DNA of 64,000 nucleotides from Octopus vulgaris (GCA_951406725.2 OX597826.1:37014001-37078000); one strand, 5' to 3'; positions 13,443 through 26,003 are shown, counted from the first letter of the stretch. Notes: generated from the sequence alone by a model not told the origin. Translations and numbers: made by a program.

Positions 13443-14040
13443 TTGATCCTGAATCTAGGATCAAGGAATTCAGTGAATCATCAGCTAACTCGTGGTAATA
13501 TTGAATCTAGTATCAATTAGGTAATCCAATTAATCAGAACAAATCAATAAATGAACGCGCATTTGCTCATAAATTACCAGATTTAATTCTACATGACAGC
13601 GCATCAATGTGTTGTATTCGGTGAAGTTGTCTCAACTAATGTTATATTATTCTGTAAAGAAAACAGTGGTTCAAACGAATTATTAATCTTAGCTTATGCT
13701 AGAAGCCACTGAATCCTGGGGAAGCGGCTCAGTGAATTAATTATCTCAGCTATTCTTAAACGATACTTAGTTAATGAGTAGGCGTTCTGTGAATTAACGG
13801 CCCTAGCTAATGGCATTTGAAACTGAATCAAGTACCTTCCGTTAATGTTCGATGACACCGAATCATAAAACAAAAGATCTATTAATGAACGACCTCAGCT
13901 AATGCCGGATAGCAATGAATCAAGAATCAATAGATCCCTCAATTATTAACAACAAAATATGTTACACTGGATCAAATAACAGCAGTTCAGTAACTTTTCT
14001 AGGATAATGTTTGGCTCTGCTGAATTAAGTTGATTCCCTG
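13443..14040. repeat. degenerate tandem array / motif cluster (TGAATC-WAG-NATCAA, GTGAATTAA, CTCAGCTAAT)
   Basis: TGAATC at 13450, 13474, 13502, 13710, 13825, 13916; TGAATTAA at about 13733, 13790, 14022; YAGCTA at about 13482, 13748, 13804, 13896. Confidence 0.5.
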
Positions 14041-14973
14041 CCGTCAATTCATCCAATTGGTCTCTAAATAATCTTTCTACAATAATAATTCACAACAATA
14101 TTTAACTATATAGTGTCTATGTTATAAATCCATGGAAAAATATATCATTACATCTTTTATCAAAAATATTTTTTATTTGCAGCTTTCTGCAAGAAAATAA
14201 CTTTCTTTTGTAATATTTTCAAAGCATATACATAAGAGTTTTATAAATCTAATATTGCCATTTTTAAAGTTTCAAGTAGGATTTTTCACAAACCTTTTGT
14301 TGAAAATGATGTAACAGTATTTTTGTAGTCATGTTTTATATGCATATGAATCACATTTTTGCATGTAAATTGCACCATTGTGTTTAATATTTTGTATTTT
14401 AAACAATACATGGACGTATTTTTACTGTAATGAGAAAACAACAGAAACATCTCACCTATTACATATCTCAAATTTTAATCTCTGTATGGAGGTTTATAGT
14501 TTTCTGTCAACGTTAGAAGAGTCCCTTTTAATTCACCTCATACTGCTGATTACACACACACGAACATCATACATGTATCACCTATATTATAACATAAATT
14601 ACTTATGGATGAGATAAACACCGTGTTTTATACTATTAAAATAGATACTACCTCAATTTCAAACTATGATATGTTTGTGGTGAAAGAATAAGCATGGTGT
14701 AACTACCACTCAATTGTATCACGTCGGAAACTTAACTACAACGGAACATCTACGTCGTATGTCACTAAGTTCCCCAGTCTGATCTGACCTTAATATTGCA
14801 AGGTACTGCTACCCAATATTATTCCGCTGAAATGGAATCTAATATTCCCATTTTTAAAGTCTCAATTTATAGGATTGTTCACATACATGAATAAATTCTA
14901 AGCAATAACATAATCTCAGATTTCATCAATGAAATTTTCTCTAAAACATGTCTTCATGACAATCTACTCTAAC

Positions 14974-15435
14974 ACCTGATTCCCACTCCTCTCAAACCCA
15001 CACACCTCAGGGAGATCTTAACTCACCAGGAACTATATAAAACCAAGACCTACTTCAAGGGTTCACCCCGTCATCGTCGTGGGCTTTAATTCGTATCCGA
15101 GTAGTTGGTCTGAAGCGAGTGATTGAGCTTCTTCATCCTGATGGGTGCGATGGGTACCGGTTCCTGAGATGGCTGTTCAGACCAATGTGGTATAGAAGAG
15201 CCGGAGGCATCATTCGCAGGGAAGTGTTGGCAGTGGACGAGGAAATGCAAATCGCTGTTTGTGTGTACAACGTCTGATTCTTTACGTCTGTTATTCACCA
15301 AATTGTCCATTCTCTTGACGATGACATACCGCCTCTTTGGTTGGTCTTTGGCTATTTTCGTCCAGGCATATCGGTCAATGTAACAGTGGCTTAAGTACTC
15401 TATGTGAAATAGCTTCGTGTATGTATATTTACGAC
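14974..15435 (-). mobile_element. possible Gypsy-type LTR retrotransposon remnant (integrase C-terminus plus polypurine tract); alternatively an unidentified terminal exon
   Basis: GC-richer open frame ..PKRRYVIVKRMDNLVNNRRKESDVVHT.. resembles the GPY/F-SH3-like integrase tail; purine tract GAGAGGAGTGGGAA (14980-14993) followed within 5 nt by TGTTAG; TTTCAG acceptor near 15435 supports the exon alternative. Confidence 0.35.
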
Positions 15436-17023
15436 TGAAAGCATAATCCCAGTTTCCACACGGTCTTATAGAAATCCAATGAAAACTACAAATACGCAAT
15501 TGTGTGAGAGATAATTCTAGAAATGAGGTTTTAGACAGCAACTGCTGTATTATACGAATCAGGAAATCATATAGGATTTAGGACCATTCCTTGTTTTGAA
15601 CATATTCAGTTAAAGATCTTAACTACACGTACTTTGGTGTATAATTACTGCAGTAAGTCCAGATCAATCACTGTACCATCTTTAACAGTACCATCTTTAA
15701 CAATGAGAGAAGGGGCAAAATAGAGTGAAAGAGGCAATCAGCAGTCTCAACTTGATAATTCATATTATCTGCAACGAAACAAATGTCTAGCCCATATTTA
15801 AAATGAAACCTTGTTTTAGGTAATAAATAAGACGGTATTGTATCAGCTGTAAATAAAATAACTGAAGTTGCACCATCATCGCCATATCATTGTGTATATG
15901 TTTACTTCAGTAATGGTAGCAGATGATCAACCTCCAAGCCAAAAGAATGGTTTATACGCATCAACAAAAGTAGGATTTTAAAATATAGCAACGCATTTAC
16001 ATCATTTATTTTAACCATGTCTAACTTTCGTGTGGAAATAATATTGTAGTTATACAAAGATTTATTATGCAACAGCACTGTTGGTAGTTTAATTACTGCT
16101 AGAAACACTAATCAAATCATACCCAAAATATGTCTTCCATTCCTTAAGTGACGGACCTCTGCTGAATAATATTTTTTCTGCACATTTTTCAGCACAAAGA
16201 AAGAACCAGCATGAACAACGTCATTAATTATGACATTCATTTCGAACGTTAGGTGTGACGTGCGTAGGAAGGCAGCGGCCATCATTAATTATAATATTAA
16301 TGCCGTCCACTGAAATTCCAATAATAATCCTATAACCAATTAAACTAATTAATACTGACGACATTACAGCTAAGAAGACTATGATAGAAAGCTTTTGATA
16401 GCATGTAGCCGCATTAGGAAATATGCTTAGACTAACACATGTTAGAGAGAAAATTGAAGTTCCAACAGAGACAAAATGGTGACGTGGCTTCAATATATAT
16501 ATTTGTAGATATTTTATTGAACTGATTGTTAACATTCGTAGCATAAGAATTTTCATAGAATGTTTTCTTCTTAACCTTTCATAATTAGCGAATTTCGTTT
16601 CTCCTTGAGTGGTGAAAGCAGTTCTATACATTCTACACACGGTTACGTAATAGAGCTTGTTTTCATATAATTAATGCTACTAGTGAGATAATTTGATGAG
16701 GCATCAGACTTAGAAAAGAAAATGCATCATGCAGGGAGGTTAAATATTCATAGAGCAACAGAAATTTTCACATAAGTACCTTGCAAGATGCGGAAATGAT
16801 AACATCACCCATCAAGATGTGAACCTTTATGTTCTTACACGTTTACACTTCAGCATTGCTTCCTTTGACGTATCTCTGAATGTTTAATATCATACACATT
16901 GTCAGAATCGTTAGTACGTGAGAGGGAATCGCTGGAAGATGTTCATATGGTCTTTAGTTTACTGCACTGAAATTTGTCAATCAAACCGAATTCAGAATTA
17001 TACCCCTGTATTTGGAGGACGAG

Positions 17024-17232
17024 AAGGTGGCTTTCTGGCTCTTTCGTTAGCGTGCCGGACAAAATGCCTTACGGCATTTCGTCCGTCTTTACATTCTAGG
17101 TTCAAATACCACCGAGATTGACTTTGCCTTTCATCCTTTCGATAACATAAGTGTCAGCTGAGCACTGGAGTCAATGTAATCGAGTTACTCTCTTCCCCTA
17201 AATTGCTGCCCTTTGGGCCAAAATTGGAACCC
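17024..17232 (+). mobile_element. SINE family B (a partial second tail follows to about 17300)
   Basis: CGTTAGCGTGCCGG..GGTTCAAATACC..GACTTTGCCTTTCATCCTTTCG. Confidence 0.85.
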
Positions 17233-18399
17233 CACATTTGCAGGTCGATAAATAAATATCTACCATCAAATACTGGTGTGAAAATAATCGACTTTAATCT
17301 CTATCAAATCTTATGCTTCTGTGTCTATGCTAGAAAATATTATTTACAGACGTTTTAATCAACTACTTAAGCATCATTTCTTCAACGAAATCACATTAGC
17401 ATCAATCTTGCATAATGCTTAAAAGACTGAGTTTCAATTCCCAAATAGAGCAATATATCAAACCAATTCCAGTTAATAGAGACAAAAGATGTTGAGAAAA
17501 AAGATTTAGCTGCGAAATGCAAGTTGTCAGCAATATACACTACCCCATAAATTACTACTAACGTATGATTTGCCGAGCTTTGCAGAATAAGGACATGTGC
17601 TCCAGATATACTTTGTCTGACATCTTCGCTTCGTAACTCAATTGTAGCCACTTTACTTTTCTTTTTCAACTTATGAAATGCATAAATTACCCAAAGTTTC
17701 AGTTCGCCGTCTCAATAAATCTGACACATTGGGCCTACTTGAAAGAGATCATTATTAATACATGATTAATACATTACAGTAATACTAAACAACAGCGAAA
17801 AGATTCTTAATCATGTAGACAGCATCCTATAAAGATAATATGAATTACTGAATATTCTCTGGCGATTATGTGTACTCTGACTAGCAGAGCATAACTAAAA
17901 TATGGTCAATATTCCACAGTGACATTCTACAATTCAAAACATTGCTAATACACGACAAATATTTCACAGAGATAAATTTAAAGCTACTACTAATAAATGT
18001 TGTTGAAAAGTAAGTGTAATATCGCCTGCAGCAATCTTTCTGCTTCAAAATGTTATACAAGCACACTTCTAGTTGTCTAAACTATTCCGAAACCACGGTA
18101 ATCGTGATTGTGTTAGCCAGGATCCACTTTAACGAAATCCTTCATAAAGTGAAGATACATCACACTTCAAAAATAGCATTCACTGAATATTAGTTTCATC
18201 ATTTAGCTGTATCATTATAGTAGATATGGACAAGATTTAATCTCGGAGAAAAATGTCCTGAATATAATTTTTATTATCTAGTAGTTTTGTCTGTCTGTAT
18301 AATTCATTCCATGCAATTATGAAAACGTTGGCTCTTAGTGGTAAGCCAGTACAATTGAACATTTAATCTTTACCTCGTATGGGTAGGCTATGATAAGCT

Positions 18400-19950
18400 T
18401 GGTTTCGTTTCACTTAAGTTTCTTACATTCAAACAATTTGAATTAATATCTGACAGAATTTGGTTCGGGCTCATTTGCATGATTTTCTTTTATAATTGTT
18501 GCCAGGAAAAGCCAGGGTCTGTTCCCGAGTTCAGGGAAAATCTATTTATAGTGATGGAATTCATGGTTGCAGATGTTCAACAGAATCGTGTACACCTCAT
18601 AAGTTCCTCAAGTATTTAGATTTCTTGGAGCAGCTTAGTAAAACCGACAAGAAAATTGTTCAATATCATTCGCCTATTCTGTATTTGCTGTTGTGTGTAA
18701 GTTACTTTCCTCAATGGCCATCACTTGCAATGTACTTAAGTTGTTTTCTTCCGTATTCTCTACAAATATTGCATCGTGTGCTGCCCTCTCATTTATTAAG
18801 TGAAATATGAATTTATTTTCAACACCCCGAGATGTCATTTCTAATGTGTTCTTTTCTCAGCACTCAGTGGATTCTCTATTTAACAGCTTTGAGAACGTTG
18901 CTTTTCCTCTCACAAGAATGTTCTGTTATGAATATTGGCTTGCCTTTTTGGAATAAATATTTAATGCATAGAGTTTGAGCTGTTGACATAATTTGTTTTT
19001 GTTATATGTCAGTATCTCGAATTCAGAAAATTCTGGTCAAGATCACAGATCTCTTAATTTAGTATATTTGCGGAATTTCAGTTTCTACACATTTAAAATG
19101 TTATTTTTGTGTTAGATTGTGATCTAAAGGGACATACGGTTCATACATTGTCCCTTATACAATGCTATGCACCGAGAATATTATAAGAGTCACCTTTACG
19201 TTTCTGGATGAATTCTAAATTATATGTGAAGCAGGATGTAGTATATTGCTGCTTTAGACTGAGTATGGGATCATTTGCTGCATGAACTGTGCATTAATGA
19301 GGTTAACATGGTTTTGCTTATCTATACTTATGTGGTATTTAAAGCAAAATAGAGCTTTCTGGTAGTTTTGGTTTGTGAAAATCGAAGCTTTTCCCACATT
19401 GAGACTTATGGGGAGGTACTTATATTTCTATCATACAGCGAATATTTTTTCTGAGAGCTACTAAACTTCTGTACCAAATTGGAGGCAAATGGCGAAGTCT
19501 GTTTACTTTCTTGAGTACATATGGTATCCATTCATACATGCGTTCTCACGTCTTATAGCGTGAGTATTTGGTATTTATGAATTCACATATATCTTATGGA
19601 TACTGGTTTATTGCATGCAGTATAGTCTTTCGATCTCTCGACTGGAAGAACACTAATATTCATTAGTGGCATTGCTCATACATGAGGAGTAGGAGGTATT
19701 CAGAGACGTGAGAAGCTGCCATCATGACTTTCATATCAGAAAATCTTCTTGATATATTTGTATAGGCGTAGGATAACCCTGATCAGGCTCTTCTATTGCT
19801 TAAGACAAGAGTGCAAGACGCTTCCATTTCCCTATTATGCACTATTTCCGCCGACAAACGAAGAAGAATATGATTCAATGATGGCGCTTCTAGGCAGATC
19901 ATCGACCTACCAGACAGTTCAGATCCGTTCTTTCCCTAACATGTAAAATA
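18400..19950 (-). mobile_element. possible highly decayed LINE reverse-transcriptase region
   Basis: only weak minus-strand echoes in the right order (KPVSI about 19600, LNVGKA about 19400, KYL about 18620); many stops. Confidence 0.2.
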
Positions 19951-20577
19951 TCAGTATTACTTTGTCTAAAAGATGAAATGATTAGTATTTAAGTGGCGAT
20001 CGAACGATATAGTTTGTGTTAGAATTGTTTATTGGCCTTTTGCCGCTAGATGACACTACTGCTGCCATTCTCTGAGAAAATTTTAGCAGATGCTTTTTTC
20101 TTCTTTATTCCCGTTTCTTGACACGATTAAATATCAATGGTGCTAACTTTTAACGTCTTCTCTCAATGATGTACTTATTTTATTTTCTCTAAGAATCTCG
20201 CCGATACTGAGATGGAAATGAAACAATTATCTTACTAAAACAAAATAATAAGTCTTAAGATTCAAGAAAACAGCTGGCTATTGGGAAAGATTGAGGGGTC
20301 CAGGATTGCGATTTCACGAGAGAATAAGAGAAAAGTATTCAGTTCTGAATATATATTGAGGTTTTTACTACATGCTGGTATCACATTTCTCTTCAGTCAC
20401 CGAAGCAGTATCTCCCAGAAAGTGAAACAAACTCCACAGTGCCAAACATATTGTACCCTTTCTCCTGCAGTAAAATAAATTATGACAGATCTTACAATCA
20501 CGAAGAGTTCAAAACTTCCCAGATGTTGATTATTATATAGCATAAAGTAAGATTTCTAAAGGAAATACAATTGGTTA

Positions 20578-21819
20578 TACGAGGTCTGTCTGAAAAATAA
20601 TGGGACTGGTACCACAAACAATGTATTTCAACTTGAAGCAAACTATATGGTCTCCCCTTCAAAATAATAGGTCTTGAGTCTAATGCACGTTTCCATCCTT
20701 TTCTGCCGCGCATTTATACGCTGCTGGAAGGATTCCTCCGAGATGCCTCTCAACTTCGTTGTTACGGCCTTTTTGATGGCATCTGCGCCTTCAAAACGGG
20801 TCCCCTTGAGCTTGGGGGAAAGAAAAAAGTCACACGGAGCAAGATAAAGTGAACAGTGAGGTTCTTCTAGTACGGTGATATTTTTCTCAGCCAAGAACTG
20901 CCGGATGCTCAGGGCTTTATGAGGAGGTGTATCGTCGTGGTGAAGCAGCCATGAATTGTCCTGACACAACTCTCGTCCCTTCTCGCGCACTGAGTGAAGC
21001 AAACGCCGCAGAAACTGTTTGAAGACTTGCTGATTGACCGTCTGACCGTGTGGCGAGTGGTTACTGTGGACGATGTCTCTCACATCGAAGAACCTTTTAC
21101 TTTGAGTGTCTCACTTTCTTCGGCCTCGGGGACGTCGGAGGCTTCAACTGACAACTCTGGCGCTTGGTTTGCGGGTTGTACTCAAAATTCCATATCTCAT
21201 CACCAGTGATGAAGTTACGATGCAAGTCTGGTTCAATTAGAAGACGTTCGGTAATGTCCTGACACACTGCATACGTTACTCTTTCTGATCTTCATTCGGC
21301 AGTCTTGGCACCATTTCTGCGCAGACTTTCCTCATGCCTAAATTGTCACTGATAATCTAATAAAAAAAACTGTATTTTTTAATGTCCATCTGACTTGCGA
21401 TCATTAGAACAGCCAACCGGCGATCGCCACGCACCACCAACCTTAGCTGCTCGACGTTGACCTGAGTCCTGCTTGCTGAGTACTGCACACCACTGGAGTC
21501 ATCTTCCACCTCCCCACGCCCCTCTTTGAACTTCTTGTACACTCAAAAACACGTGTGCATGAACTACACGTACCTAGGACTTTGCTCGCTGTTCATCGTT
21601 GCTTCCTCAGTGCTCATAACTGAACGAGCTGAACAAGAGGAGGGAAGAGGAGGTGTAAACGAGAGCATGGGAAAAATTATGCAATGGTTGCAAAAAGCGG
21701 AGTTTAGAGTTATTACTGACAAGATATCATGTTAGATGATAACCTTATCTGTGTATCCCTTATTCGCCCATAGCTCACACAGAACAAACACTCCTGTTAC
21801 TTTTCAGAGAGATTTCGTA
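20578..21819 (-). mobile_element. full-length decayed mariner (Tc1/mariner DD34D) DNA transposon
   Basis: TIRs TACGAGGTCTGTCTGAAAAATAATGGGA and (reverse) TACGAAATCTCTCTGAAAAGTAACAGGA, both ending in TA; about 1.24 kb; transposase motifs inside. Confidence 0.93.
20643..21560 (-). pseudogene. mariner transposase pseudogene (frameshifted, partly deleted)
   Basis: KFKEGRGEVEDD (HTH region), ITGDEIWNFEYNPQTKRQS, WLLHHDDTPPH, SLYLAPCDFFL; 34 residues between the second and third Asp. Confidence 0.92.
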
Positions 21820-22039
21820 TTCAGTCGAAATTGGAAATCTCATTAATTGTGATATTCAATGAGTAGACAACTAATGAGATAATGGCACAAGAGAAAACAT
21901 TGGTAGCAAACTCGATCCATTCTTCGCCACAAACTAAGTTCTATGACATGTTATCTCAATGTAAGTATAGAACACTGGCTGGAAGGTGTGTGTGTGTGTG
22001 TGTATTGTTGACGAATTGAGATTCAGTTCAATGTTGTAC

Positions 22040-22180
22040 TTAAATCGAGGCACATTGCGCTAGTTCGATATCATCTGCATACCCCAACGTTATTCTTTGA
22101 ACACTGAATATCAAGACTCCGTGTAGGGGTATTTGCACCGAATATTCCTGTCATCTGTGTAGACAACGTGACCCAGCTAA
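22040..22180 (-). mobile_element. small LINE (RTE-like) reverse-transcriptase fragment
   Basis: minus strand RITLGYADDIELA contains the YADD catalytic motif. Confidence 0.45.
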
Positions 22181-22249
22181 GTGAAGATATCCGCTCTTGT
22201 TAATTCAGGTATGCACTTTTTATAAAGCTACTTTCTATAGTATACAAGT

Positions 22250-22256
22250 ATGCATG

Positions 22257-22324
<68 letters not shown>

Positions 22325-22343
22325 TATATACATACATGTATGC

Positions 22344-22408
<65 letters not shown>
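22250..22408. repeat. (TA)n microsatellite
   Basis: direct reading. Confidence 0.97.
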
Positions 22409-22411
<3 letters not shown>

Positions 22412-23190
22412 GAAATTTGTTACAAAAAGGAAATATAAAAATAAAAAATACACGTGGAAATGTAAGGGGTAAATATGAAAAATCAACGAAAATGCACATT
22501 GTAAATAAAAAAAAGGCTTTTTATGAAAGGTAACGACAAATATATACATTTAGATGGACTGACGTAGTAATAAAAGTAATAAAAGTCATTATTATGAGAT
22601 GACTATGAAGTCAGAAAACAAAGCATACCATGGTTTCCGCAAAGTTATTGATTGCTTTGAATACACCGGCTAATACACGGTGTCAGGTCTAATACTTTCT
22701 GAGAAAAAAAGATTATTTGTAAGGGAGGTAAGTAGTTCTGAATTTAGATATAGAAGTGTAATGTGAATGGTGTAGGGTGTGTATAGGGGTTAGTCGTTGA
22801 AATTGAAGGGTTAGTGGTGTTCTGTATGGAGTTGTGTGTTCATATTTAGTTGTGGGAGATATTTATTGATGAAAAATGCCTCTTTATTCAATGAAAAATG
22901 CATCTTTGTTGCATTGTGGTGTTCTGTGAACATTGATAGAAGGGGAAGATTTGGAAATTAGGATTAAGATTTCTGGCACACCTTTCTATGTGTTCACTCA
23001 CCTTTAACTGTCTGTATTGTGGGTGGCGGATTTGCTCTTTGCGAATGGTTGTTCTTTCACAGAGTGAAATTCCTGTTTGTCCAATATAGCGGTTACCACA
23101 TCCTATGCATGTCATGGCATAGATTAGATTTTTTGAGTCGCAGGTGAAATTTGATTTGATCTTAAATATTTCTCCTTGTTTGAAGTGAAA
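22409..23190 (-). mobile_element. Penelope-like element, 5'-truncated (GIY-YIG endonuclease plus 3' pLTR)
   Basis: KSNFTCDSKNLIYAMTCIGCGNRYIGQTG..HIERC..FQIFPFY..KEAFFINKYLPQLN: GIY-YIG with the CxxC and H/C residues typical of PLEs; flanked by TA-rich repeats. Confidence 0.9.
22619..22659 (-). ncRNA. minimal type-I hammerhead-like motif in PLE pLTR (A3-U8 variant, G5 mutated)
   Basis: CAAAGCA-ATCAATA-ACTTTGCG-GAAA-CCATGG-TA-TGCTTTG: perfect 7-bp stem I, palindromic stem III, UA site; stem II weak. Confidence 0.55.
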
Positions 23191-23624
23191 TTAAAATATA
23201 TATGCATATATATATGTATGTATGTATACGTGTGTGTGTGTATAAGTGGCAGTGTGCATATATATATCCTAGGTATGAGTTTGAAGTGCGCCTAGTTGGG
23301 GAGGTCCAGTTCAGGTGTTTCAGGGTTATGTATGTGGCTCTATGTGTGTGTGTGTACGTCTGTGTGTGTGTGTGTGATTGCATATAAGCATATGCTGCAT
23401 AGCCACCAAAGAAAACTATTAGAATTGTCCGTGATTGCCCAAGAAAACATTCACAACACAATTTTATACATGGTAGTTAATAATTAATAGACGTATAGAT
23501 GGGGACCATCTTAGTATTCCCAACCAATCATTCCGTTCATTACTCCAAGCCAATTTTCAAATTTGCCTTTACATACAACTCATAGATATAGTCACGCGTA
23601 AGCAAGCTCGCCTATACGTATACA

Positions 23625-23717
23625 AACACACACACGCGCGTATATTACATATATATATTATACATATATATATATATTGTATACATATATACATTACATA
23701 TATATATTATATATTAC

Positions 23718-23753
<36 letters not shown>

Positions 23754-23852
23754 TTGTGTGTATGTGTGTGTGATTGTGTACATCCACACACACACGCACA
23801 AACACACACACACACTCACACATACACTCACACACACACACATATATATATG
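23625..23852. repeat. (TA)n/(TG)n/(CA)n microsatellite
   Basis: direct reading. Confidence 0.93.
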
Positions 23853-24335
23853 CATTCGCAGTTGTACCTCTGAGAATTTTTATGCTTTCACATCCAATAT
23901 ATTAAGTGGGTGTTTTAGTGTCTTTTATGCATGAAGCGAACTTAAGCATGTGCAAACATATTTGCAGATATTCAAAAGACTATGCATAGCACAATACCAG
24001 CGTTTTGAACCAGTGTTTAACAAACCACAGGAAGCTTGTTTCTGTTGTCAATAGTAACGAATACACGTTTTATTATTTTTTTTTTTGCTTTGTGTTTTAC
24101 GCAAGACGGTAGGTAGCTTTGTTCTTTATTCATGGGAGATATTTATAGCATATTTCCTTGAAGCATGACAAGACAAAGTTTTCAATTAGTCTTCTGCAAA
24201 AGAAATGATTATATAAGAGGAAAATGCACAGCAGATTTCTATTGTTCCATTCTTTAAAGGGTTTTGGATCAACATGTTGAAAAAAATAGGAAAAATATAT
24301 CTTGTCTTATATTGTAGTAAACATTAATGCCAATA

Positions 24336-24518
24336 CTAGTAGTAGTAGTTGTAGTAGCAGCAGTAGTAGTAGTAGTAGTTGTTGTTGTTGTAATAGTAGT
24401 GGTTGTGGTTGTGGTGGTGGTGGTGGTGGTGGTGGTGGTAGTATTAGCAGCAACAGCAATGCTATTTCTAGTAATATTACTATTACTACAACTAATAATA
24501 ATGATGATGAAGAAGAAG
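24336..24518. repeat. compound trinucleotide tract (TAG/TTG/TGG/CAG/AAT/GAT/GAA)
   Basis: direct reading. Confidence 0.93.
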
Positions 24519-25836
24519 ATGACCTGGATAGACATTAAAAATGCTTACGACATTTGTGGATTCTGGAAACACTCGATAGATGTGGAATAGCTGAGAACAT
24601 GTGTGCGCTGATTAAGAATAGCATACCTAGTTGGAAAACACGTCTTTTCTGTAACAAGTAGCACTTAGCCAAGGTAACAAGGAAAAGAGGTATCTCCCAA
24701 CGGACCCTTGTTCACCTCTGTTATTTCTTATAGCCTTGATACCATTTTCTGTAATCCTACGCAAAGTCGACGCGCACTATAAGCTGAGAAAGAATGGACC
24801 TCGTCTCAACCACCTTCTCTTTACGGATGGTTTAAAACTGTTCACAAAAACTGAGCCTGAAATGGAGAGGCTGGTTGATACTGTGCAGATGTGCAGCAAG
24901 GATATTGAGGTGGAATTCTGAATCCCTAAGTGTGCTGTATTCACTTTGAGACGGGGATAAATAAAAAACAGAACGTAAGGGCATAGAACTACCAAACGAA
25001 GAGCAGATGGGAGACCCGGAGGATGATGGGTTACAGGTACCTTAGGATCCTGGGGCTCGACAATATCTTGTGCGGAGAAATGACGAACAAGTTCACTACT
25101 GCATATTTGAAGCATCTCAAACTTCTCTTGAAGTTAAAACGCAACGCAAGGAACCTTGTGGCAGCCATCCTCGTATGGGCTGTTGCTGTTGTCCGATATA
25201 GTGTACCCATTCTAAAATGGACACGAACGGAGATTGACCAACTTGATCGCACTACCCGAGCAACAATGACTGTGCATGGTGCCCTCCATCCTAAGGCAAA
25301 CGTACACAGTTGTATATGAAAAGGTGTAAAGGTGCACGTGGTCTGATTGGCGTACGGGAGTACATCAATAGTAAAAGAAGAAACGCGGCAAAATATTTGG
25401 TAAACAGCAATCAAAACTAGACTATGTTATGCCGTTAATACTGAAGGGTTTATCGGAAATTGACTTGAGAGTGCTAATGAATTCCGATCAATAATAGCCA
25501 ACGAGAGAGGAAAATCTACTCTGCATGGAATTACATGGACAGTTCAACCGTGAAGCTAACACCTTAAAAGTCCAGAAAGTATCCTAGAGGTCACTTAGCA
25601 AGGATGATCCTAAAAAGAAGAGACTGAAAAGACATTGAATACAAACTCAGTGAGGAGGGATACATACCACACAAATGCAACGAACCTCTTCAGAATGTAA
25701 GGGAAGTTGGTCGAAAGCGTGATTCGCATTGTTAGTGCTTGTGAAAGTATTAGACAGAAAGAGTACAAGCGTAGATACGACAAGGTAGCCGAAAACCTCT
25801 ACCGGCTACGATGCCGGAAGTATGGATACGAGGTAA
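24519..25836 (+). mobile_element. R4/Dong-clade non-LTR retrotransposon fragment (RT, thumb, zinc knuckle), pseudogenised
   Basis: WIDIKNAYD, KRGISQ..SPLLFLIALIPFS, LNHLLFTDGLKLF, YRYL.IL, WAVAVVRYS, LDRTTRATMTVHGALHPKANV, HGQF, ESVIRIVSACESIRQKEYKRRYDKVA; stops and frameshifts. Confidence 0.92.
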
Positions 25837-25839
25837 CGG

Positions 25840-26003
25840 TGTTGGTATGTTTGGGTCTCTGCAACTTAGTCGCTCGACCAAAGAGACTTATAGAACAAGT
25901 TCCAGGCTTTAAAAAGTACTGAGGTCAATTTATTCGACTAAAATTCCTTCAAGGTAGCGTTCCAGGTTAGCTGCTGTCTAATGACTGAAAAAAATGTGAA
26001 AGG
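25840..26003 (+). mobile_element. SINE family A 3' part, decayed
   Basis: AACTTAGTCGCTCG..ATAGAACAAGT..TTCGACTAAA..AATGACTGAAA. Confidence 0.7.

Noticed and set aside
13443-14040. CRISPR-like interpretation of the recurring words
   Set aside because: Repeats are short, degenerate and irregularly spaced, there are no cas genes, and the context is eukaryotic.
16224-16640. 138-aa hydrophobic ORF with SVGTSIFSLTCVSL, reminiscent of GPCR TM3
   Set aside because: No DRY-like motif follows, no convincing TM5-7 or splice signals, and AT-rich DNA readily yields I/L/F-rich frames.
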